Below are positions 24,497 through 33,756 of a stretch of 64,000 bases of DNA, piece by piece; the stretch's first letter is position 1, and each line of letters begins with the position of its first letter. Origin of the DNA: Schizosaccharomyces osmophilus (taxonomy: Eukaryota); assembly GCF_027921745.1 (NCBI RefSeq), contig NC_079239.1:1302001-1366000 (forward strand). The letters run 5' to 3'. Made by a program: the position numbers and the translations under genes. The notes under the pieces were generated by a model. It saw only the letters and a list, made by a program, of their open reading frames with translations, did not search any database and had not been told where the DNA came from.

Positions 24497-25573
24497 TTAT
24501 ACCTTTCCTTGGTCCCTATTTCTGGATAGGCATCCAAAACAAAATGCCTTTCCACAATTCTCCTTGGAATGATGCTTGGCAAAAGGAGCAGATATTTGGG
24601 ATGTAGAAACGGGTTTGGCGACGAAATTTTGAGAATCCTTGTATACAAATGAAGGACGGGGAGAAACCATGGATAAGAGGGAAACAAAATTCCTTTTTTT
24701 CGTGGAAGTAGAAAAAGAATTTGGTCGCTTAGAAGGTGTAGAGCCTTTTCTTGATGGCTTTTCGGGAGTTTGGAAAGGATTGTTTGTGTTCGATTCTGCC
24801 TGAGAGTCTTTCACATCTTTATCTTCATTCGCACTCGGTGAAGGATGAGAAATCTCCTTGACTCTATGGTTTGGCTTTGGTTTTGGCTTAGGAAGTACCA
24901 AGTCTTTCGACTTTGATTTTTGGGCTGCATCTTCTTCCGAGAACGAATCAGGGACTGACTGAGAAGAAGCAGGAGGAAGAAAGGAAGATTTTTGATGAGA
25001 GCCCTGTTCTTTCACTATGGTATTAACGCAAGTGGTTTCGATTTCTTTCTTAGGATGCGATGCCTTTGAGAACGACGATTGATTGAATGGATGCAAACTA
25101 CCAACCCTGTTTTGAAAAAAGGACACGAGAGGAACATCTTCAGCTATATCAAAATTACATTGCTTTGTTTTTTCATTTTCAACTGGTGTTTGATTCTCGC
25201 CCTTCGTCAGCTTGCTGGAGGGTAAGGCAAAAGCTGCAGATGTATCTTCCTGTGCATTATTAGTTTCGTCTTCTACCGTCCAGACGTCATTCTTGTTTTT
25301 TAATCCAAGTAAATGGCCTCTATTTACAACAATTTTTCCAGTGGAAAGGTCAATTTCGTCAGCTATGTCAGAAGTGTCGCGTCCATATTTTTCAAATAAA
25401 GAAGTCAGAAACTCTTCATAACGTTTTTGAGAAGCACGCCGACTTTCAAGTAAATCTTCTATCGTCGAAAGCTGAGTAGGACACGCGAATGCAGACGTAG
25501 GAGCATCCGCGTGAAAAGGATGAGAATCTGGGTTTCCAAAGGACGCGTGGTCTTCGTTTTGGAAAGAATTCAT
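24497..25573 (-). CDS. scm3: CENP-A (Cnp1) chaperone Scm3
   Basis: Scm3 domain RRASQKRYEEFLTSLFEKYGRDTSDIADEIDLSTGKIVVNRGHL; disordered middle; Cys-rich tail. First ATG is at 25573. Confidence 0.88.
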   Translation of the reverse strand: MNSFQNEDHASFGNPDSHPFHADAPTSAFACPTQLSTIEDLLESRRASQKRYEEFLTSLFEKYGRDTSDIADEIDLSTGKIVVNRGHLLGLKNKNDVWTVEDETNNAQEDTSAAFALPSSKLTKGENQTPVENEKTKQCNFDIAEDVPLVSFFQNRVGSLHPFNQSSFSKASHPKKEIETTCVNTIVKEQGSHQKSSFLPPASSQSVPDSFSEEDAAQKSKSKDLVLPKPKPKPNHRVKEISHPSPSANEDKDVKDSQAESNTNNPFQTPEKPSRKGSTPSKRPNSFSTSTKKRNFVSLLSMVSPRPSFVYKDSQNFVAKPVSTSQISAPFAKHHSKENCGKAFCFGCLSRNRDQGKV

Positions 25574-26134
25574 CAAAACGAATCTTTAAAAATCATGAGT
25601 TGATTAAAAAAAGGGGGAAAATGTCTGATTGAAAGTTCATTCACACTGGGGAAATATTGGCATGAGCATGTAAGTAGGTAAACTACTAAGGGACAGGATG
25701 CATCATACACCCTACTGACAGGTTGAACATAAAGGATAGCGGTTTGAAGAAAACAGGAATTTCTTAAAAAGAAGTTTGCTTTTAGTTTTGGTCAGCTTTA
25801 AAATTCTTTAAACAAGCGACATTTTTCCATATGATCCACCGCTGCAGATTTCGTTTCGTAAGGTGAATTAAAGGAAGCTTTCTCGTCTTTTCTTTCTTTT
25901 TTTTTCTTTCAAAATTAAGAAGTTCTTCGTATGTTAAAATCTCGATAATCGTTTCTTTGCAGGAAGAGCGTGAAATTGACACGCATGGCAGGCAGCAAGA
26001 AAACATAGGTCAGGAAAGCGAAGAGACTCTTCATTTCTCTATTCTTCTTCGAGTTCCAAGTCTTTGTCTTCAATACATCATATTCGCTTTCTTTTCACGC
26101 AAAAAAATTGGTGACCATGAAAGCAATAGCACTG

Positions 26135-26747
26135 TTCTTTGTCCTCTCAACTCTCAACTCTCTTTTTCATTGTCTACCTATTGTTTTCAAACTCAAAATA
26201 AGTAGCCTTTATCACTTTCTTTGTCATTTAAGCAACCTTTCAGGTTTGACCCATTGTGTTTCTATTGTTTCAAACGCCGTTACTTCGTCTAAGTAAGCTG
26301 GGCTATTGTTTGAATTATCCTAACGAACACTATAACTAATTGCAAAACTATTCTATCTCTCGATGTTCTAATGAAAGCCTTTTGTTTACACTGTGTTACC
26401 TATTTTTCTCTATGAATATCTCATCTTTGAGGAAAGAAACCCCAATATTTTTTTTATACTATACATATTTCAGCTGTAATGTACTATGTAGCAAACAATT
26501 GAGCCCTCTGTCTTCGAAGTACCTTCTTTTTCGTATCTTTGTTTACATTTCTTTGTGTTTCAAATGACAAAATGTTACTTCATGAAGTAACAGATGTTGT
26601 ACATCCATTGTGAATCATCGCCTATTGTGAACGCTACCAACAACCATGGATTTGCTTTTAGTATTGTGTCTATTGTTTAGACACATTGTCTGACATTGAA
26701 GTATGTCCTTTGTCTATTGCCTTCCCAAAACGAAAAAAACTATATAA
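26135..26747 (+). promoter_or_regulatory. Cluster of HMG-box motifs (TR-box-like TCTTTGT and M-box-like ATTGT) followed by TATATAA at 26741
   Basis: About 15 ATTGT/TTTGT cores, almost all on the same strand, e.g. TTCTTTGTC 26135, CTATTGTT 26178/26303/26670, TCTTTGTTT 26536, CCATTGTG 26251/26605. Confidence 0.7.
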
Positions 26748-27044
26748 GCTCTTCATAGAATGCCTAATTTGACAAGCTTCGGCCAGCGAGCGTCTCTAAC
26801 AACGATTTGCATTACCGTCTTTGACGTTTCCGTTCTTGGCTACAATTCATTTTGAAATATCTTTTGAAGCATAACTTTTGATTATTTTTTCCCTTGAATT
26901 CCTTATAGATTTTGACGTTCTTTGCGTAACTATTTCTTGGAACATTGTTCTATCCATTCATTTTTAATATCTAGATATAGAAGATTTGTTGTTTTTTTTT
27001 TTTTCTTTACGAATTCCTTTTTCTTATTTTTAACGAATTTCATC

Positions 27045-30000
27045 ATGACTTTAATGACGTTTTTTCTCCTTCCTCTCTTTCTCTTTGCTTTGATTTCACC
27101 TGCATTTGCATTGTTTCCTAAAAAGTTATCTTACGTTTCCGAAAATGGTCCTTTTAAGAATGCTACCATTGCCGATGTTTTGAATGGTTCGAAAAACCTA
27201 GCGGCATCATGCTCTTGCCCTTCCCACATTCTTTCTTCTGACGTTCCTCTCTACTCGGCAAAAGAAACCATCACTGCTTCTAGTTATTGGTCCCTTGTTA
27301 CAACTCAAATTACCACCACTGCTTATGTGCCTTTTACTTCACAACTTGCCTGTGTTCCCACAGGTGATTCCCATTCCTCTTCTTCTCTCACTAGCAGTGC
27401 GACTGGCAGCTCCTCTCCGACTCCTTCTGTAGCTTCGGTGCCTTCTTCGACCACCGCTGCTACTTCCAGTCAGGTTCCTCCCGCCAGTGCCTCACCTAGT
27501 CCTAGTCCAAGTGCCAGCCCCTCATCCGTCCCTGCCCTATCTACCGCCTCGGCTTCTTCATCTACACAGACTGCTAATACAAGCCCAGCCGGCACCCCAT
27601 CTCCAAATGCCAGTTCCACTCTAGTTTCCAGCTCCCAACCGGTACCCTCTACGAGCTTCACTAGTTCCGTCGCTTCTCCTCCTGCTCCTTCCCCATCAAG
27701 CAACTCCATTAAGTCCTCCTCCTCAGTTCCTATTCACAGCAAAGCTACTGGTAGTTCGTCCGCTTTCCCTCATACCTCTGTTCTCTCTTTTCTAACCGAA
27801 CGCTTCTCTACCGTTTACACAACAACCCTTTCGGGTGCTAGTTCGGATGTCAGAAGTATAACCTCTAAAGCTGTTTCCTCTACGCCGATTGCACCTTCTT
27901 CTTCATCTTCTTCCCTGTCTGGAAGCGGAAGCATCCCTAACAACGGAAAGCAGGGCCATCCCTCTACTGTAACCCAACTTACTACTAGCGGTTCCCATGT
28001 CTACACTACAACTGAATTAACCACTTTTTATGATACCGTCTATACCACGAATGTAGGTACCAGCACTTTTGCTACTACCGTCACCTATAACGGAACTGGT
28101 TCCGCCAGCCAATCAATCCCTCGTTCATCAGTCCCTATCACATCTGCTGGTCCTTCTTCGAGTGTAGGAACTTCATCTCCTTTATCCTCCACTGCCATTC
28201 TTTCTTCAACTGTCAGCAGCAAAAGTAGCCCGGCAGTTACTCCCACAACGAGTACCGCATCCTCTGCTTCTTCTTCAACCGAGAGTGTTACTACCTCAAG
28301 CTCTACACCTGAGCATCCCGTGTTAAGTACTTCTTCTTTTTCGAAGATCACCTCTGCACCCCTTCCTTCAACTTCCATTGATAAATCGAGCAGCATTATT
28401 ACAAGCGCCACTACCGGATCCTCTTCAACACCAAGCTTGGTGACTATTTCCCCAAACATAACTTGCTATACTGAAACCGATACTGTAACCACTACGTCTG
28501 GTTCTGTTAGTGTCACCTCTACCGTAATTACCGCATCTGGTTCGATCCCTACTCCCTCTTGGGTTACTGAGACCGTCACATCCGGTTCTCAAGGATTCAC
28601 TTCCACCGTTGCTACTCCCTCAGGCTCTTCTGCTGGAACTGTTGTGATTGATACTCCTAGCCCTAGTCCCTCTTGGGTTACTGAGACCATCACTTCTGGT
28701 TCTCAAGGATTCACTTCCACCGTTGCCACTCCCTCAGGCTCTTCCGCTGGAACTGTTGTGATTGATACTCCTAGTGCTACGCCTAACGGTTCTGTTGTCA
28801 TTAACACTCCTAGCCCTAGTCCCTCTTGGGTTACTAAGACCACCACTTCCGGTTCTCAAGGTTTCACCTCCACTGTTGCTACTCCCTCAGGCTCTTCTGC
28901 TGGAACTGTTGTGATTGACACTCCTAGCCCTAGTCCCTCTTGGGTTACTAATACCATCACTTCCGGTTCTCAAGGTTTCACCTCCACTGTTGCTACTCCC
29001 TCAGGCTCTTCTGCTGGAACTGTTGTGATTGACACTCCTAGCCCTAGTCCCTCTTGGGTTACTAAAACCATCACTTCTGGTTCTCAAGGATTCACTTCCA
29101 CCGTTGCTACTCCCTCAGGCTCTTCTGCTGGAACTGTTGTGATTGACACTCCTAGCCCTAGTCCCTCTTGGGTTACTGAGACCATCACTTCTGGTTCTCA
29201 AGGATTCACTTCCACCGTTGCTACTCCCTCAGGCTCTTCTGCTGGAACTGTTGTGATTGACACTCCTAGCCCTAGTCCCTCTTGGGTTACTAAAACCATC
29301 ACTTCTGGTTCTCAAGGATTCACTTCCACCGTTGCTACTCCCTCAGGCTCTTCTGCTGGAACTGTTGTGATTGACACTCCTAGCCCTAGTCCCTCTTGGG
29401 TTACTGAGACCATCACTTCTGGTTCTCAAGGATTCACTTCCACCGTTGCTACTCCCTCAGGCTCTTCGGCTGGAACTGTTGTGATTGATACTCCTAGCCC
29501 TAGTCCCTCTTGGGTTACTAAAACCATCACTTCTGGTTCTCAAGGATTCACTTCCACCGTTGCTACTCCCTCAGGCTCTTCTGCTGGAACTGTTGTGATT
29601 GATACTCCTAGCCCTAGTCCCTCTTGGGTTACTAAGACCATCACTTCCGGTTCTCAAGGTTTCACCTCCACCGTCGCTACCCCTACTGGCACATCTGCCG
29701 GCACTGTATTGATTGACGTTCCCAGTGCTAGCTCTTCTTGGGTAACTACTACGACCACTTCTGGTTCTCAGGGGTTTACCTCCACCGTGGCTACTCCTGA
29801 GGGCTCTAAGGCTGGTACAGTATTGATCGATGTTCCTACACCTGCCTGGGTGACTAGTACGATAACTTCCGGTTCTCAAGGCTTCACTTCCACTGTGGCT
29901 ACACCAGAGGGTTCCAAGACTGGTACAGTTCTAATCGATGTCCCTACACCATCCTGGGTGACTACTACGACAACTTCCGGTTCTCAAGGTTTCACCTCCA

Positions 30001-30293
30001 CTGTTGCTACTCCTGAGGGCTCTAAGGCTGGTACAGTGTTGATCGATGTTCCTACACCTGCCTGGATAACCACTACAATAACTTCCGGTTATCAAGGTTT
30101 TACTTCCACCATCGCTACCCCCGAGGGCTCCAAGACTGGTACAGTTCTAATCGATGTACCAAAACAGACCACAACTACTACGACTAGTACATTTGATGGA
30201 ATAAATGGTGGCTACACCAGTTCATATAGTGGAGGTGCTACTGAGACAATTTTGATTGGTACTCCTAACCACTCAGTTGTAAATGTCGCTTAA
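27045..30293 (+). CDS. mam3: Secreted Ser/Thr-rich cell-surface adhesin/agglutinin (Mam3-like), 1082 aa
   Basis: Signal peptide MTLMTFFLLPLFLFALISPAFA from the first ATG (27045), Ser/Thr stalk, 14 repeats of 36-38 aa. Neighbours scm3 and an OCD-family gene match remembered S. pombe order. Confidence 0.8.
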   Translation: MTLMTFFLLPLFLFALISPAFALFPKKLSYVSENGPFKNATIADVLNGSKNLAASCSCPSHILSSDVPLYSAKETITASSYWSLVTTQITTTAYVPFTSQLACVPTGDSHSSSSLTSSATGSSSPTPSVASVPSSTTAATSSQVPPASASPSPSPSASPSSVPALSTASASSSTQTANTSPAGTPSPNASSTLVSSSQPVPSTSFTSSVASPPAPSPSSNSIKSSSSVPIHSKATGSSSAFPHTSVLSFLTERFSTVYTTTLSGASSDVRSITSKAVSSTPIAPSSSSSSLSGSGSIPNNGKQGHPSTVTQLTTSGSHVYTTTELTTFYDTVYTTNVGTSTFATTVTYNGTGSASQSIPRSSVPITSAGPSSSVGTSSPLSSTAILSSTVSSKSSPAVTPTTSTASSASSSTESVTTSSSTPEHPVLSTSSFSKITSAPLPSTSIDKSSSIITSATTGSSSTPSLVTISPNITCYTETDTVTTTSGSVSVTSTVITASGSIPTPSWVTETVTSGSQGFTSTVATPSGSSAGTVVIDTPSPSPSWVTETITSGSQGFTSTVATPSGSSAGTVVIDTPSATPNGSVVINTPSPSPSWVTKTTTSGSQGFTSTVATPSGSSAGTVVIDTPSPSPSWVTNTITSGSQGFTSTVATPSGSSAGTVVIDTPSPSPSWVTKTITSGSQGFTSTVATPSGSSAGTVVIDTPSPSPSWVTETITSGSQGFTSTVATPSGSSAGTVVIDTPSPSPSWVTKTITSGSQGFTSTVATPSGSSAGTVVIDTPSPSPSWVTETITSGSQGFTSTVATPSGSSAGTVVIDTPSPSPSWVTKTITSGSQGFTSTVATPSGSSAGTVVIDTPSPSPSWVTKTITSGSQGFTSTVATPTGTSAGTVLIDVPSASSSWVTTTTTSGSQGFTSTVATPEGSKAGTVLIDVPTPAWVTSTITSGSQGFTSTVATPEGSKTGTVLIDVPTPSWVTTTTTSGSQGFTSTVATPEGSKAGTVLIDVPTPAWITTTITSGYQGFTSTIATPEGSKTGTVLIDVPKQTTTTTTSTFDGINGGYTSSYSGGATETILIGTPNHSVVNVA
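28550..30160 (+). repeat. Intragenic tandem array, 14 units (114-nt then 108-nt period)
   Basis: Trp-codon anchors at about 28561, 28675, 28828, 28942, 29056, 29170, 29284, 29398, 29512, 29626, 29740, 29848, 29956 and 30064. Confidence 0.95.
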
Positions 30294-30375
30294 AATATAG
30301 AATTCAACGATTTCTTAATAGAATACCTTCTTTTGATAAATTAATGAAAATTTAATTCCTAAACATAAATGAAAT

Positions 30376-31383
30376 TTATAGTCTCTTGTTTTTATGTGTG
30401 TTATAAGCTAAAGTAGCTGCAGCAAGGTCTTCTCTCGAGTCTCCTACAGACTTAAAGAGGGTTATGGCACCTTGGAAGTTAGTTAATTGAGCACGTCCCT
30501 TGTGATGCTCATTGCTTAAATCAAATAAATCAGCTTGGACATCGTCGGGAGAGAATGCACCTTCTTTAATTGGTGTTAATAGGTCACCAGCTTCAGAGAG
30601 TGCACCGGCTCTTGTATCGACAAAAACGCTCGCTTTAGAAACACAAGCGGAGTCAACTTCATGCATTTTTGGAGTGAAACCGCCTACTAAATCTATATGA
30701 GTACCGGGCTGAATCCATGAACCTTTCACAATAGGAGATGTACTCAAGGTTGCGCACGAAATAATATCACAAGCTCTAACGGTGTGTTCCAAATCTTCAT
30801 CATTAACAGCGCACAAATTGATTGAAGGAAAGTCACCAGAAATTGATTTTACGAGAGCTATAGCGTTCTCAAACCGATGGTTCCAAACAGTAATCTTTTT
30901 GATGGGGCGAACAGAGCAATGAGCGTAAATAAGATTTTTAGCAACGTTGCCAGATCCTAAAATCAGAAGCGAGGTTGCATCATTTCTAGACAAGTACTTA
31001 GATGCAAGAGCAGAGGCAGCAGCAGTTCTTCGAGATGTGAGTTCTCCTCCATCGAGTTGAGCTAAATGGATACCAGTATTTGCATCGCTTAAAAGATAAT
31101 GGCTGGAAAGATTTGGTAGGTTCTTTTTACTGTTGTTGGGAAAAACGTTTACCTGTTTGACGCCAATGTATTCACCAGGAGACCAACAAGGCATGATCAA
31201 CATGGTACCATGAGCTTCATGTTCATTCACAGAGCTTTCTATGGGATAGTGGAGTCTGGGGGGACATTCAATTGCTTTCGTGAAGATGTCCCTAAGGGCA
31301 TCAATCAAAGCGTTCCAAGGTAAGTAATTCACTAACTCATCTCGAGAAAAAAATACGGTAGGAGAAGTGAGCTTATTATTCAT
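30376..31383 (-). CDS. Ornithine cyclodeaminase / mu-crystallin family NAD(P)-dependent enzyme (possible cyclic-imine reductase)
   Basis: LIMPCW...GVKQVNVFP.N, LTSRRTAAASALAS, ILGSGNVA, HIDLVG, FKSVG...EDLAAA; intronless, 335 aa. Confidence 0.9.
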   Translation of the reverse strand: MNNKLTSPTVFFSRDELVNYLPWNALIDALRDIFTKAIECPPRLHYPIESSVNEHEAHGTMLIMPCWSPGEYIGVKQVNVFPNNSKKNLPNLSSHYLLSDANTGIHLAQLDGGELTSRRTAAASALASKYLSRNDATSLLILGSGNVAKNLIYAHCSVRPIKKITVWNHRFENAIALVKSISGDFPSINLCAVNDEDLEHTVRACDIISCATLSTSPIVKGSWIQPGTHIDLVGGFTPKMHEVDSACVSKASVFVDTRAGALSEAGDLLTPIKEGAFSPDDVQADLFDLSNEHHKGRAQLTNFQGAITLFKSVGDSREDLAAATLAYNTHKNKRL

Positions 31384-31977
31384 AATGGGGTATTGTCACA
31401 ATGTAACTGAAGAGGTTTAGGTCAGTTTCATAAAATGTTGTATCTGACAAAGATAAGCATAATTAAACATTGAATTCAAGATTGGTTTTTAGATATCAAA
31501 AATCGTTCATTTTCGCATTTCTAATTCTGTGATGAAAGATGAGTCACAAAATCAAGGCAAAGTAATCTAACCTTTTTAAATGTACCTCAGATGATCTTGT
31601 TTAAATAAAGTTGAAAGGTAGACCAAACGTTTGGACATCGTAGGACAGCTACAACCAGATGAGGGTACCGTGAACAAGTATTTACAGTGTATGTTAAAAT
31701 ATGATACCGGAAGCTTTTTTAACATTGGAGAACAATGCTAAAATAGCAGACTATGAAACCTCTACCTATATGAAATTATTCTGTATTGCAAGAGTTATTT
31801 ATGAACAAACTTGACAATGAAGGAGATTTTAATTAAAAAAAAATGTTATTAATAAAAAGCAAACTATAAGGACATTAAAACAAAAACAAAAAACATAGCA
31901 AATTATTAATTAGAAGAAATCATTTACAAACCGAATTTCCAACAATTCAATTTAATAGGTATAAATTCTGGACTCAG

Positions 31978-33756
31978 TTACACCGGCACTTCAGCAATTC
32001 CATTGTTCTCACTTATCTTCTTCTCTGACTCGTGCTTTGTATCGGTGGTAGTGGAATCAGTGGGGTCAACGGCCGTAAGTTCGACTATGCCGTTAGCGCC
32101 TGAAGACATACCAGGACTGTCGTTATGCATATCGGGATCGAACTCTTCAGGGAGGATGAGATTCAGAAATATGGAAATGAAAGCACCAATGGCAAATCCA
32201 TTCTCCATGACGAGGGTGATGGCGTCCAAAAAACCGACAAGGCCTTTGTTGCTTCCAGAATATGTAAAAAAGTAACTGAACCAATTAGGAACCAAAATTG
32301 CACCCATACCCAAAGTTAAAGAAGCGGTGAGGATAAAGCGGTTTCGACGATTGAAAGGGATTTGACCGATGATGGCTATACCAGAGGTTGTGACAGAGGA
32401 AAACAAAAAGGTGGTCATTCCTCCCATCACGGCATTGGGAATTGCTACAAATACGGCAGCGAACTTACCAAAGATTCCCATACACAACAAGATGAATGCA
32501 CAGAAAAAACCAGCTCTTCGATTGGCACACTTGGTCAGACTGATTACACCATTATTTTGGGCAAAGGTTGTGAGAGGGGTGATAGTCATGAGGGAAGCTA
32601 TTAAGGAGGATGTACCGTCGCAGAGAACACCACCTTGAATTCTCGAGTCAAATTCGGGACCATCGACTTCCAGCATGGAGACGTCTGAAGTAGCGGTGAT
32701 ATCGCCAATGGCCTCCATCATGTTGACAATGTACATAGCAAGTATGGGGAGAACGGCAGGGCCATAAATTTTAAGGCGGAAAGTATGGACCCAGTTAAAC
32801 GTGATGACGGGAGCAGCATCAATAATGGAACGATCCCAATAATGGGTAGCACCAGAAATAATCATGCCGATAATAAGGCCAAAGGCAACAGAAGTTGTTT
32901 TCATTAAAGGAGGACCGAAGCGTTCAACGACGACGATGGTAGCAAAGACACTAAATCCGAGTCCGATAAACTGGGCGCTACCCCAGTACAGGGGATGGGG
33001 AGCAGTATTGGAAGGACACATCGTTTGACGGCTTGTGCAGCCACTACCGCCGGCCCAATCCTCAAGACCGGTCATAATAAGAGAAGCGCCAATCAATAAA
33101 ACGACGGGGCCAGTAACGATGGGAGGGAAGAGGCGTTTGAGGAAGCGAGGAGGAATGAAGGACATAGCAATTTCAAGCAAAGAGCAAACGCAGCAGGTGG
33201 CAATAAATGCACCATAGGCATCAGGACAGGGGAGCTTGGTACCGTCAGAGGCGGTAGGACAATAACCATTTTGGTACATTTGACTAAATGTTTTAGGCGC
33301 TACACTGACACTGGTGAAGGATATACCGAGAACGGAGAGCATGCCGGTGCCAATGTAATAATTGGTTTTGGGAATTTTGATGCGAGCTATATTGATGAGG
33401 GTCAAGAGGGCCGTACTGATGAGACCAGCAGAGACAAGGTAATTGGTTTGCTCGACTGTAAGATTGGCACTAGCGGCGATGATACGAGGAGGAGAGGTAA
33501 CGCCTCCAATCATGGCGAGGGCATGCTGGAAGCCCAAAATAAAGGCCAAAAGAACGGGTGTTTTGGCGTTTAAGGAAAAGAAGGGAGGGGACTTTGGTTT
33601 ACTGTTGGTAAAGGGGATGGCAGGGAGCAGGAAACTATAGTCATAATCACCGATCCAAAAGTCTTTGGTGAAGACGGAGCGGACAGCGTTGGAACATTTT
33701 TGCTGAAAGGTGGGAGGAGGGGGAAATGCATCGTCATAAGCAAAAGAGTTGGACAT
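31978..33756 (-). CDS. NAT/NCS2 nucleobase (xanthine/uric acid-type) permease
   Basis: GFQHALAM in TM1, NAT signature TTFAQNNGVISLTKCANR, many TM segments; resembles fungal UapA/UapC. Confidence 0.92.
   Translation of the reverse strand: MSNSFAYDDAFPPPPTFQQKCSNAVRSVFTKDFWIGDYDYSFLLPAIPFTNSKPKSPPFFSLNAKTPVLLAFILGFQHALAMIGGVTSPPRIIAASANLTVEQTNYLVSAGLISTALLTLINIARIKIPKTNYYIGTGMLSVLGISFTSVSVAPKTFSQMYQNGYCPTASDGTKLPCPDAYGAFIATCCVCSLLEIAMSFIPPRFLKRLFPPIVTGPVVLLIGASLIMTGLEDWAGGSGCTSRQTMCPSNTAPHPLYWGSAQFIGLGFSVFATIVVVERFGPPLMKTTSVAFGLIIGMIISGATHYWDRSIIDAAPVITFNWVHTFRLKIYGPAVLPILAMYIVNMMEAIGDITATSDVSMLEVDGPEFDSRIQGGVLCDGTSSLIASLMTITPLTTFAQNNGVISLTKCANRRAGFFCAFILLCMGIFGKFAAVFVAIPNAVMGGMTTFLFSSVTTSGIAIIGQIPFNRRNRFILTASLTLGMGAILVPNWFSYFFTYSGSNKGLVGFLDAITLVMENGFAIGAFISIFLNLILPEEFDPDMHNDSPGMSSGANGIVELTAVDPTDSTTTDTKHESEKKISENNGIAEVPV

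Noticed and set aside
26922..27044. ORF-track N-terminal extension of the adhesin (similar extensions for rep2 at 49505, atf21 at 53574, vps32 at 10783)
   Set aside because: These start at non-ATG codons in T-rich UTR-like sequence; the first ATG gives a sensible N-terminus, a signal peptide in the adhesin's case.
28539..28550. GGTTCGATCCC resembling a tRNA T-loop / B-box
   Set aside because: Inside the adhesin CDS; no cloverleaf or A-box context.
28550..30160. Regular repeat array as a possible CRISPR or satellite
   Set aside because: No unique spacers; units are in-frame multiples of 3 inside a eukaryotic CDS.
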